Origin: Candidatus Levyibacteriota bacterium
Lineage (GTDB): Bacteria; Patescibacteriota; Microgenomatia; Levybacterales; UBA12049
NCBI GenBank assembly: GCA_003152105.1
Contig: PLZJ01000004.1
Coordinates: 1-48,819, forward strand
DNA length: 48,819 nt
Reading direction: 5' to 3'
Positions 33,091-41,368 of this stretch are shown here, one piece after another. The translations under genes were made by a program, and so were the position numbers. The notes under the pieces are model-generated. The model searched no databases. It worked only from the letters and a program-made list of their open reading frames with translations, and was not told the origin of the DNA. How positions within the stretch are numbered: the first letter of the stretch is position 1; each line of letters starts with the position of its first letter.

Positions 33091-34536
33091 ATGGTATTTT
33101 ATAGAAAATATAGACCTCAGACAATTGACGAATTAGATAGTCAAAAACTTAGAGAAACGTTAAAAAGTGTATTTCTGGGAAATATACAAAAAGATACAAA
33201 AGGCTTATATTCGTTCCAAAACTCTCTTCCTCACGCATTTTTATTTACTGGACCAAAAGGACTCGGGAAAACTTCAACGGCAAGAATTATTGCAAAAGTT
33301 ATAAATTGTACTGAAATTAAAATTGATGAAAACAACATAGAAATATGTAAGAATCATTGTTTGCAATGCATCTCCATTACTAATGGGTCGAATTTAGATG
33401 TGTTAGAAATAGATGGTGCATCAAATAGAGGTATTGATGAAGTTCGAGATTTACGTGATAAAGTACGACTAGCTCCGGTTGCGGCGCATAAAAAGATTTA
33501 CATAATTGATGAGGTGCATATGTTAACCACAGAAGCCTTCAATGCATTGCTAAAAACGATTGAAGAACCTCCAGAGCATGTTATTTTTATATTTTGTACA
33601 ACAGAAATGCAAAAAGTTCCACAAACAATCGTTTCAAGATGTTTTAATATTTTTTTTACAATTGCTACTGATGAAGAATTAATACATTCGTTTGAACGAA
33701 TCATAAAAAGTGAACATATAAAAGTAGATAGCGGTGTATTAACTATGATTGCTCAGCTTGCAGACGGAAGTTTTCGAGATGGGGTAAAGATTTTAGAGGA
33801 ATTATCTTTATTAAACAATTCTCATATTACAAAAGAGATTGTTGAACAAAAGTTTAAAGTAGCGGGAGTACCTCATTTTGTTTCCCAGATGTTTACTGCT
33901 CTAATTTCCAATGATGATAAGAATGCACTGCAAATAGTAAGTTTGCTTATAGAACAGGGAATAGATGTAATGTATTTTATACAAAAATTATTAGAGTATT
34001 TACATGCTATGCTACTTAAGAATGTAGGGATAGAGCAGACGCAAATAAATATTCCTTCTATGCTAAGTTTAGATGATATTAAAATTCTTGCTCAGCTATT
34101 TAGCACTGCATATGCAAACTCAAAAATATCTCCTATTAAACAATTGCCTTTGGAAATTGCCATTATGGAATGGGTGTTTTTAAAGAATAAAAAAACAGAA
34201 ACCGTTGAGTTATCTGCGATAAATAATGAGGTTATTGTTAACAAGAAAGAAGTAATTAGCGAGCTGAAACAGAAAGAGAAGGGGAGAGAAGATTTATTTG
34301 AAGTCAGAAATGAATTAATTAAAAAAATAAAAATAATAAATCAATCACTCGCAGGAATTTTGCGAGGGTGCGAGATAAATGAATATGATGGAAAATCTCT
34401 TATTTTAGTAACAAAATTTGCATTCCATAAAGAACGTTTAGATGACCCAAAAGCGCTTGATATAGTAAAAAACGCGGCTAAAGAATTTGCTGGTAATGAT
34501 GTGAAAGTAACAGTTTTACTTAAAGATACAATATAG
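33091..34536 (+). CDS. dnaX: DNA polymerase III gamma/tau subunit
   Basis: Walker A GPKGLGKTSTARI, a Cys-rich zinc module (CTE...CKNHCLQC) and the SRC box TIVSRC. Confidence 0.9.
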   Translation: MVFYRKYRPQTIDELDSQKLRETLKSVFLGNIQKDTKGLYSFQNSLPHAFLFTGPKGLGKTSTARIIAKVINCTEIKIDENNIEICKNHCLQCISITNGSNLDVLEIDGASNRGIDEVRDLRDKVRLAPVAAHKKIYIIDEVHMLTTEAFNALLKTIEEPPEHVIFIFCTTEMQKVPQTIVSRCFNIFFTIATDEELIHSFERIIKSEHIKVDSGVLTMIAQLADGSFRDGVKILEELSLLNNSHITKEIVEQKFKVAGVPHFVSQMFTALISNDDKNALQIVSLLIEQGIDVMYFIQKLLEYLHAMLLKNVGIEQTQINIPSMLSLDDIKILAQLFSTAYANSKISPIKQLPLEIAIMEWVFLKNKKTETVELSAINNEVIVNKKEVISELKQKEKGREDLFEVRNELIKKIKIINQSLAGILRGCEINEYDGKSLILVTKFAFHKERLDDPKALDIVKNAAKEFAGNDVKVTVLLKDTI

Positions 34537-34597
34537 TATAATAATAAAATCATGTTATATCTACGTTTTACATGAAGGAATCAGGAGGTGAAGAAAT

Positions 34598-34879
34598 ATG
34601 AATAATCCATTTTCACAAATAGGGGAACTTAAAAAAATGAGAGATCAGGCTATGCAAATTCAACGCTTATTGGGAGCTAAAGAAATTGAAGTTGAAAAAC
34701 ACGGAGTAACAATCATTATAACCGGTGATCAAAAATTAAAAGAATTAAGAACAAACGGAAAGTCAGATAAAGATATAATGGAGGCAGTTAACGAGGCAGT
34801 TAAAAAATCTCAAGAAGTCGCAGCGAAAGAATTGCAGCAAATGAGCGGAGGGTTAGGAGGCTTACTCGGAGGTAAATAG
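34598..34879 (+). CDS. ybaB: Nucleoid-associated protein YbaB/EbfC
   Basis: 93 aa with SD AGGAGGTG upstream. Conserved position after dnaX; typical MQ..Q...EL core and a Gly-rich tail. Confidence 0.8.
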   Translation: MNNPFSQIGELKKMRDQAMQIQRLLGAKEIEVEKHGVTIIITGDQKLKELRTNGKSDKDIMEAVNEAVKKSQEVAAKELQQMSGGLGGLLGGK

Positions 34880-34929
34880 CCTCGTGTATCTTCTTAAACA
34901 TTTTTAAATAACATAATTCAATTATACTA

Positions 34930-35913
34930 ATGGATAGCAAATTTGTAAGTAAAACTACTTCAGTATATCCTCAAGAATTTATATTGCTTTCTGGAAGATC
35001 AAATCCACAATTGGCGTCACAAATTGCAACACTTCTTAAGAGTGACTTAGTAACTCCCATCAGTTTATTTTCAGACGGTGAAATTAGAGTTAGAATCGCC
35101 CCAAATTTAAGAAGAAGGTATGTTTATATCATACAATCTACTGCACCTCCTGTTAACGATAGTATTATGGAACTATTGTTTATGATTGACGCAGTAAAGA
35201 GATCCTCAGCAGCAGAAATAACTGCAATAATTCCTTACTTTGGTTACTCCAGGCAAGATAGAAAAGAAATGCCACGAGTGCCAATAAGTTCTTCGGTAGT
35301 TACAAAAATGATTACACAAGCAGGAGCAGATCGCATTCTAACTCTCGATATTCATTCCGAGCAACAACAAGGATTTACTCATATTCCATGGGACAATTTA
35401 TATGGAAGCTACTCATTGCTTCCCGTAATAAAATCTAAAAAATTAAAAAATCTTATTATTGCGTCTCCTGATAAAGGGGGAATGACTCGAGCAACAGGCT
35501 ATGCAAAGCTCTTAAATGCTACTGGAATAGCGCTTGTTTACAAAGAACGAGACGTAGCATTAAATAATAAATCAGATGCGCTAGATATGATCGGAAACGT
35601 TGGAGGGAAAGATGTGTTACTTGTAGATGATATGCTTGATACAGGAGGAACAATTGTTCATGCAGCAAAGTTTCTAAAACAAAGAGGAGCAAATAGTGTA
35701 CGCGTAGCCGTAACACACGGTATTTTTTCAGGATCTGCATTAGAAAATATTACGACTTCTGAAATAGATGAAATTATCGTAACTGATACTATTGGACATA
35801 GTGATGCGGTGAAGAAAAATAAAAAAATTACCATTATTTCTGTCGCACCATTACTTGCAAAGGCAATTCATTATATCCAAATTGGTAATTCAATTAGTAG
35901 TTTAATCATATGA
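34930..35913 (+). CDS. prs: Ribose-phosphate pyrophosphokinase (canonical class I motifs)
   Basis: FSDGEIRV, PYFGYSRQDRKEMPRVPIS, LDIHSEQQQGF and LLVDDMLDTGGT. Confidence 0.9.
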   Translation: MDSKFVSKTTSVYPQEFILLSGRSNPQLASQIATLLKSDLVTPISLFSDGEIRVRIAPNLRRRYVYIIQSTAPPVNDSIMELLFMIDAVKRSSAAEITAIIPYFGYSRQDRKEMPRVPISSSVVTKMITQAGADRILTLDIHSEQQQGFTHIPWDNLYGSYSLLPVIKSKKLKNLIIASPDKGGMTRATGYAKLLNATGIALVYKERDVALNNKSDALDMIGNVGGKDVLLVDDMLDTGGTIVHAAKFLKQRGANSVRVAVTHGIFSGSALENITTSEIDEIIVTDTIGHSDAVKKNKKITIISVAPLLAKAIHYIQIGNSISSLII

Positions 35914-36824
35914 AAGTATTCAGCGGAACAGCAAATAAAGAACTTGCAGAAAGGATTGCAAAAGAACTGGGAATAGCTTTATCAGAATTCGAAATTTTTG
36001 TTTTTCCTGACGGTGAAAGACGAGTTCAAGTACGTGAAAGAGTTGTTGAGGAAGATTGTATTATTATTCAACCTACATCTCCACCTGTAGACCAAAATTA
36101 TATGGAGCTTTTCTTCATGATTGATAGTTTAAAGCGCAGTGGCGCTCGTAAAGTTACGGTAGTATCACCTTATTTAGGATATCAAAGACAGGATCATGTA
36201 TTTCGAGATGGCGAAGCAGTTTCGCTTGAAGTTATCCGTTCAACGCTCGAATCTACTGGTTTAAATAAAATAGTGGTGTTTGATCTACATACAATTAAAA
36301 CTCCAGAAATTTTTACGATAGATTTTGTACATTTATCTGCATTGGAATTGTTCGCAAAAACTATTGCTGCTGAGCATCTAAATACATCTTCATCATTGTT
36401 GATTTCTCCAGATATGGGAGGAATTAGAAGAATCGAAATACTTTCTAAGTTGTTGCATAATATGCCTTATGCGACAATTAACAAAAATAGGGATTTAAAT
36501 AGTGGAAAAGTAGAAGCAAACGAATTGGTTAATTTTCAGGATAATGCTAGCTACACAAGCGCGTTAATAGTAGACGATATGATATCTTCCGGAAAGACCA
36601 TTGTTGCGGCAGTAGATTTACTACGCACAAAAGGAATATCTAATATCTATGTTTTTGCAACACATCCTGTTTTTTCAGATGAAGCGAAGGAGCTTTTAGG
36701 TTCTTCTCATGCTAAGAAAATATTTGTGACAGATGGAATTTATGTACCAGTTAATAAACGATTTCCAACCCTTCATATACTCTCGCTTGCTCCACTTATT
36801 GCAAAGGAGTTATCGAGCTCTTAA
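35910..36824 (+). CDS. prs: Ribose-phosphate pyrophosphokinase paralog with divergent catalytic loops
   Basis: FPDGERRV and PYLGYQRQDHVFRDGEAVS (no RQDRK..R.PI). DLHTIKTPEIF replaces H.EQ.QGFF, and IVDDMISSGKT replaces DD.DTGGT. ATGA overlap with the upstream prs. Confidence 0.7.
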   Translation: MKVFSGTANKELAERIAKELGIALSEFEIFVFPDGERRVQVRERVVEEDCIIIQPTSPPVDQNYMELFFMIDSLKRSGARKVTVVSPYLGYQRQDHVFRDGEAVSLEVIRSTLESTGLNKIVVFDLHTIKTPEIFTIDFVHLSALELFAKTIAAEHLNTSSSLLISPDMGGIRRIEILSKLLHNMPYATINKNRDLNSGKVEANELVNFQDNASYTSALIVDDMISSGKTIVAAVDLLRTKGISNIYVFATHPVFSDEAKELLGSSHAKKIFVTDGIYVPVNKRFPTLHILSLAPLIAKELSSS

Positions 36825-36878
36825 CCTCAGTTTGTTTATAAGGATTTGGTGTGATAAGATAATGTATCCTCGAGAATT

Positions 36879-37484
36879 ATGAGAATTCCAAAAGTTGTTC
36901 AAAATACTATTGATTCATTCGAAAAGCTGCCAGGAATTGGTCCAAAAACAGCACAGCGATTAACTTTTTATCTTCTCCATGTACCACAATCAGAATTAGA
37001 TAAGTTTGCTACCTCTTTACAGGCATTAAAAAAAGATACAGTACTTTGTTCAAATTGTTTTACTATTGATGAGCAAGATCCATGCAGTATTTGCTCCGAT
37101 CAATCAAGAGATCAGAATATGATCTGTGTTGTTGAACAAGCATTAGATGTTTTAGCATTTGAAAAAAACGGTAGATATCGTGGAGTGTATCATGTTTTAC
37201 ATGGGAAGATAGATCCGCTAAATAATATTGGACCAGATGAAATTTATATAGATCAATTATTAACTAGGTTAAAAAAAGATACTTTTATCTCAGAGGTTAT
37301 TATCGCTACAAATCCTACAATGGAAGGAGAGGCAACTGCGATGTATTTAAGTAAACAAATTAAGTCCTCTCATCCAACACTCGTGGTATCGAGAATTGGT
37401 AGAGGAATTCCTATCGGAGCAGATATAGAGTATGCTGACCCAGTAACTTTACAAAAAGCTATGGAAGGCAGAAGTTCATTTTAG
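36879..37484 (+). CDS. recR: Recombination protein RecR
   Basis: HhH N-terminus LPGIGPKTAQRL, C4 zinc finger CSNCFTIDEQDPCSIC and a Toprim domain. Confidence 0.9.
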   Translation: MRIPKVVQNTIDSFEKLPGIGPKTAQRLTFYLLHVPQSELDKFATSLQALKKDTVLCSNCFTIDEQDPCSICSDQSRDQNMICVVEQALDVLAFEKNGRYRGVYHVLHGKIDPLNNIGPDEIYIDQLLTRLKKDTFISEVIIATNPTMEGEATAMYLSKQIKSSHPTLVVSRIGRGIPIGADIEYADPVTLQKAMEGRSSF

Positions 37485-37485
37485 C

Positions 37486-37752
37486 TTATTTTTTTAATCT
37501 GTGAATTAAAATAATGATCGTTATATAGCACACAATTACAAAAACAATAGCATTTGCTAGTAAGATAGGCAGGCTATTTGTAAACGCACCGTATAGCACC
37601 CAAGAAAGAGTTCCCAAAATAATTAAAATATACATGAGCAGTGAAATATCTTTTGAGCTTTTTGTATGGAGAGTTTTTAATGCTTGAGGTATATAGGCTA
37701 CAGTAGTTAAGAATGCGGCGATATATCCGATTGTTGAAATAGAAATGAGCAT
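37486..37752 (-). CDS. SemiSWEET / PQ-loop sugar transporter (88 aa, 3 TM)
   Basis: Three TM helices with the PQ motif (VAYIPQALKTL). The size is typical of bacterial SemiSWEETs. Confidence 0.7.
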   Translation of the reverse strand: MLISISTIGYIAAFLTTVAYIPQALKTLHTKSSKDISLLMYILIILGTLSWVLYGAFTNSLPILLANAIVFVIVCYITIIILIHRLKK

Positions 37753-37758
37753 AAATCT

Positions 37759-37787
37759 AGTGTTCCAGATAAAGATCTGCTTGTCAA
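37759..37787 (-). promoter_or_regulatory. Promoter abutting the SemiSWEET start (minus strand)
   Basis: The minus strand reads TTGACA-17 nt-AACACT-agattt-ATG. Confidence 0.35.
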
Positions 37788-37788
37788 T

Positions 37789-38544
37789 CTATTTTATTGT
37801 ACAAGCTAGTGAAAGTGCAAAATGATCAGATAATTTTCTTTTAATTACTTTAAAGCTACGTACTTTGATGTCATGGGAAATAAAGATATAGTCAACGGCT
37901 ATGCCTTTGGGAAAAAGATGCGTAAGTCTATGTGTCTTAGGATTTAACGTGTTTTTTATGTGATGAGTATTAATCAAATTGTTACCTAGTTGATTAAAAA
38001 ATTGAATTACTAGGGTGCTTTGATCTACATTAAAATCACCAGATAAAATATAGGGTGTCTTTATCTGTGCTATATAGCTTGCTAAGACTGAAGCTTGTTT
38101 TATCTTATAATCTGTATCTTTAGAAGTAGGACTCCACGCTAGATGGGTATTTATTAACGTAACAGCTAAGTTTTTATAGTATATTTCTATTATCGATGCT
38201 GAGGTAGCATGTTCTGATGCATTGATCGATTTGTCAAACTCACCGTAGGGTTTTAGAAATATATTTTGATGAGATGTAACTGAAAATGATTTTCTTATGA
38301 ACGTAGCATTACCTACAAATGAGTTTTTGTCGTTTTTTAATCTAAAATTTACGACCAAAACTCCAAAATAATCAGGAAGATTATCCTTTAAAAATTGAAA
38401 GCAATTTTTATTATTATAACTATAATATCCACTTGATACTTCTTGAAAGGTAAGTATGGTAAATTTTTTTTCAAGAATGTAGGATATTAGTGACTTTAGA
38501 AATCTACCTCTTTCGATATTTAACTGAAGAGTTGTGATATGCAT
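37789..38544 (-). CDS. Endonuclease/exonuclease/phosphatase (EEP) family protein
   Basis: LTFQEV, SGDFNVD and LSDHFAL motifs. The ORF track extends to 38586. I prefer the ATG at 38544 (MHITTLQLN...) because the minus strand reads cTTGCTATAAT-gagcttt-ATG there. Confidence 0.75.
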   Translation of the reverse strand: MHITTLQLNIERGRFLKSLISYILEKKFTILTFQEVSSGYYSYNNKNCFQFLKDNLPDYFGVLVVNFRLKNDKNSFVGNATFIRKSFSVTSHQNIFLKPYGEFDKSINASEHATSASIIEIYYKNLAVTLINTHLAWSPTSKDTDYKIKQASVLASYIAQIKTPYILSGDFNVDQSTLVIQFFNQLGNNLINTHHIKNTLNPKTHRLTHLFPKGIAVDYIFISHDIKVRSFKVIKRKLSDHFALSLACTIK

Positions 38545-38551
38545 AAAGCTC

Positions 38552-38560
38552 ATTATAGCA
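38552..38560 (-). promoter_or_regulatory. Extended -10 (TGcTATAAT, minus strand) 7 nt upstream of the EEP ATG
   Basis: This 10-mer, TTGCTATAAT, is identical to the cysS promoter box. Confidence 0.5.
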
Positions 38561-38580
38561 AGATTTTTTGACTTAGTTTC

Positions 38581-38609
38581 TTGCACTCCTTTATATATAC
38601 GAGTAAACT
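38581..38609 (+). promoter_or_regulatory. Promoter abutting the KE-rich ORF
   Basis: TTGCAC (38581-38586), 17 nt, TAAACT (38604-38609), then 6 nt to the ATG at 38616. Confidence 0.4.
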
Positions 38610-38615
38610 ATAGTT

Positions 38616-39170
38616 ATGGGAATAGGTAGTTTTTCAGATGAAAGCCTCGAACAACTTGAAGGACTTGGTAGATCTGCCAAAAAAGCTACAACTTCAACTC
38701 CGAACGATCTTAAAAATACAGCGCAGTCACAACTTAGTCCAACAGGTCCAAACAATAACGCGAACGGATATGCACCTGATGAGGTGCAGGAGTTAAACGA
38801 GCAGGCTTATGGCGTAAAGAAGCAAACGCAACACCAAGGTAATAGCAGTTCGCAAGGTATTGGCTCCCAAAAGCAAAATATTCTTAGTATGATAACTGGT
38901 TCAAAGCAGGCAGAAAAGTCCCCAGAAGAATTGAAAAAAATGCAAGAACTACGTAATAAGTTACATTATGAAGTATATTATCAACAATTGGATACAATAG
39001 GAAAAACTAAGCAACAAGAAAAAGAGCAAGAAGAGCAAATGAAAGAAAAGGAAGAGGAGAAAAAGAAAGAAATGGTTTTGCAAAAAGAGGAGAAAAAGAA
39101 AGAAGAGTTGTCCGCAGTAACAAATGCAAGAAAAGGGACAGGCGAAGTTAGAGGAGGAGTAGGAGGATAA
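38616..39170 (+). CDS. Lys/Glu-rich low-complexity (coiled-coil-like) protein (184 aa)
   Basis: Long ORF with a polar N-terminal half (N/Q/S/G-rich) and a C-terminal KEEEKKKE-type charged helix. The promoter geometry supports the start. Confidence 0.55.
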   Translation: MGIGSFSDESLEQLEGLGRSAKKATTSTPNDLKNTAQSQLSPTGPNNNANGYAPDEVQELNEQAYGVKKQTQHQGNSSSQGIGSQKQNILSMITGSKQAEKSPEELKKMQELRNKLHYEVYYQQLDTIGKTKQQEKEQEEQMKEKEEEKKKEMVLQKEEKKKEELSAVTNARKGTGEVRGGVGG

Positions 39171-39172
39171 TA

Positions 39173-39391
39173 ATGACAATAGAAGATATAGTGTTGTTAT
39201 CAATAGGAATATTGCTTATATTAGGATCATTTGTTTCAGCTTGGATATTTTTTAGAATTTTAAAGAAAGTAGATCAGCAGCAAATTAACAATCCGCCACC
39301 TCAACAGTCAGCACCGCAAAGTTCGCCAGTAAGCGTAGAAAGTCCAAGTCCACTTATTCAAGAACAAACACAAAATCAAAATATACAATAA
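39173..39391 (+). CDS. Small single-pass membrane protein with a Pro/Gln/Ser-rich tail (72 aa)
   Basis: One TM helix (VLLSIGILLILGSFVSAWIFF). It starts 2 nt after the stop of the upstream ORF. Confidence 0.45.
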   Translation: MTIEDIVLLSIGILLILGSFVSAWIFFRILKKVDQQQINNPPPQQSAPQSSPVSVESPSPLIQEQTQNQNIQ

Positions 39392-39429
39392 CGTGTGCGT
39401 GAACTGACTATACAGCTTACCTCGCTTCT

Positions 39430-39438
39430 TGCTATAAT
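39430..39438 (+). promoter_or_regulatory. Extended -10 (TGcTATAAT) 6 nt upstream of the cysS ATG
   Basis: cTTGCTATAAT-cttgac-ATG at 39445; no SD. Confidence 0.55.
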
Positions 39439-39444
39439 CTTGAC

Positions 39445-40851
39445 ATGTTTAAACTATATAATACACTCAGTCGAAGTATAGAAGAATTCAAGCCAATTAA
39501 CCCTCCACATGTAGGGATATATTCTTGCGGTCCTACAGTTTATGATTATCAGCATATAGGACATATGCGCCGTTATGTTGGAGATGATATGCTTGTCCGG
39601 ATTCTTAAAAGTCTTGCATATGATGTAGTTCATGTTATGAATATTACAGATGTTGGCCATCTAGTATCTGATTCCGATACAGGGGAAGATAAAATGGAAA
39701 AGGGAGCCAAGAAGTTTGGGCTTACGGTATGGGAGATAGCGCAAAAATTTGAAAAACAATTTTTATCTTCATGTAAAAAATTACACATAACCCCTCCTAA
39801 TATCCTTATACATGCAACAGATAGAATTCAGGATCAAATAGACTTGATACAAGTGCTAGAAGAAAAAGGATTTACTTATTGTATTGAAGAAGACGGAATA
39901 TATTTTGATACTTCTAAATTTCCGGATTATTTTAAGCTCTCAAGACAGAATCCTCATGAGTTAAAACCAGGTACGAGCGTTGAGTTAGTAGAAGGCAAGA
40001 AGCACTTTACCGATTTTGCTTTATGGAAGTTTTCACCCAAAGATAAAACCCGACAAATGGAATGGGATAGCCCATGGGGAAAAGGCTTTCCGGGATGGCA
40101 TATTGAGTGTTCAGCAATGGCAATAAAAGAGCTTGGTCCACATTTTGATATTCATACAGGGGGAGTAGACCATATTGCAATTCATCATACAAATGAAATT
40201 GCGCAATCTGAAGCAGCTAGTGGTATGAAATTTGTTAATTATTGGGTGCATCACAATTTTATGCTTGTAGAAAGTCAGAAAATGTCTAAGAGTCTTGATA
40301 ATTACTTCACTGTCACGGATATAATTGATGAAGGATTTGAGCCACTTGCTCTTCGCTATCTATTCTTGCAAACGCATTATAGACAAGAAATGAATTTTAG
40401 TTGGGAAGCCCTAGAAGGCGCGCAAACTGCCCTGCAAAAATTACGTGAACATATGATGGAATGGAATGATCCAATAGGTGGAATTATTGAGTTTGAAGAT
40501 CGTTTTAAAGAAGCAATTACTGATGATATGAATATGCCTCAAGCATTAGGAGTAGTTTGGGATATGGTTCGTTCAAAAGATCTATCTGAGGCTAAAACAG
40601 CTGCACTTTTTGCGATGGATGAGATTTTAGGTTTAGGTCTTGCTGATTATCGTGAAGAGGCAAAGAAGCCTGTTATTGTTCCAGAAAACATTCAAAATAT
40701 GATTGAGGAACGAATAAGACTTCGAAAGCAGAAAAGATATTTATTAGCAGATCAAATGCGAATTAAAATTAAAAAACTTGGCTACGATGTTTTAGACAAA
40801 GATGACCAAACTATAGTGAAAAAAATACCACTATATTCTAAGAAAATTTAG
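39445..40851 (+). CDS. cysS: Cysteinyl-tRNA synthetase
   Basis: HIGHMR (HIGH) and KMSKS signatures, plus CGPTVYDYQHIGH at the N-terminus. Confidence 0.95.
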   Translation: MFKLYNTLSRSIEEFKPINPPHVGIYSCGPTVYDYQHIGHMRRYVGDDMLVRILKSLAYDVVHVMNITDVGHLVSDSDTGEDKMEKGAKKFGLTVWEIAQKFEKQFLSSCKKLHITPPNILIHATDRIQDQIDLIQVLEEKGFTYCIEEDGIYFDTSKFPDYFKLSRQNPHELKPGTSVELVEGKKHFTDFALWKFSPKDKTRQMEWDSPWGKGFPGWHIECSAMAIKELGPHFDIHTGGVDHIAIHHTNEIAQSEAASGMKFVNYWVHHNFMLVESQKMSKSLDNYFTVTDIIDEGFEPLALRYLFLQTHYRQEMNFSWEALEGAQTALQKLREHMMEWNDPIGGIIEFEDRFKEAITDDMNMPQALGVVWDMVRSKDLSEAKTAALFAMDEILGLGLADYREEAKKPVIVPENIQNMIEERIRLRKQKRYLLADQMRIKIKKLGYDVLDKDDQTIVKKIPLYSKKI

Positions 40852-40861
40852 TTTATTTTGT

Positions 40862-41317
40862 ATGCTGCCCACTTATAAGAGTACGTTATTACAGGTTAAA
40901 GCACAGAGAATTATTCGAACTCATATTGTAAAGCTTCTCTCGACATTTGATCTTTCACTAAGTGAATGGATTATACTTGGAAACTTACACGAAAGAGGTG
41001 GAGTTAGGCTTGCAGATATAGCAAACTTGCTTAGCGTAGAAGCTCCTCTTGTAACAAGTTTAGTAGTGAAACTTCAAAAACGAGGCTATTTAGAACATAA
41101 GATAGATCCCTTTGATAAACGAGCAAAATTAATAGCGCTAACTAAGAAAGCAAAAACACTGGTTCCCAAAGTTGAAAGGGAAATGAAAAAAGAACTTCGT
41201 TTCGCAACAGGTTTTATAAATGAAAAAGAATATGCGGTATATTTACAAGTTCTCGAAGCAATAGTAGCAAAATTTCCCGATGTAAAAGTAACCCAAACAT
41301 CGTTAAAAGATAGTTAA
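40862..41317 (+). CDS. MarR-family transcriptional regulator
   Basis: 151 aa with a winged-HTH pattern (LSEWIILGNL...VRLADIANLLSVEAPLVTSLVVKLQKRGYLEHKIDPFDKRAKLIALT). Confidence 0.8.
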   Translation: MLPTYKSTLLQVKAQRIIRTHIVKLLSTFDLSLSEWIILGNLHERGGVRLADIANLLSVEAPLVTSLVVKLQKRGYLEHKIDPFDKRAKLIALTKKAKTLVPKVEREMKKELRFATGFINEKEYAVYLQVLEAIVAKFPDVKVTQTSLKDS

Positions 41318-41368
41318 GCGTAAAGCATATCTCTTGTAGTAATAGTAAAAAAGATATATGCTCATAAT

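Noticed and set aside
34189-34327. A7 runs in dnaX (34189-34195 and 34321-34327) as programmed frameshift or transcriptional slippage sites producing a gamma subunit.
   Set aside because: In the zero frame both read (A)AT AAA AAA A.., with a T before the run. They are therefore not X XXY YYZ slippery heptamers. The runs are shorter than the A9 slippage tract known in Thermus, and A-runs are common in this AT-rich DNA.
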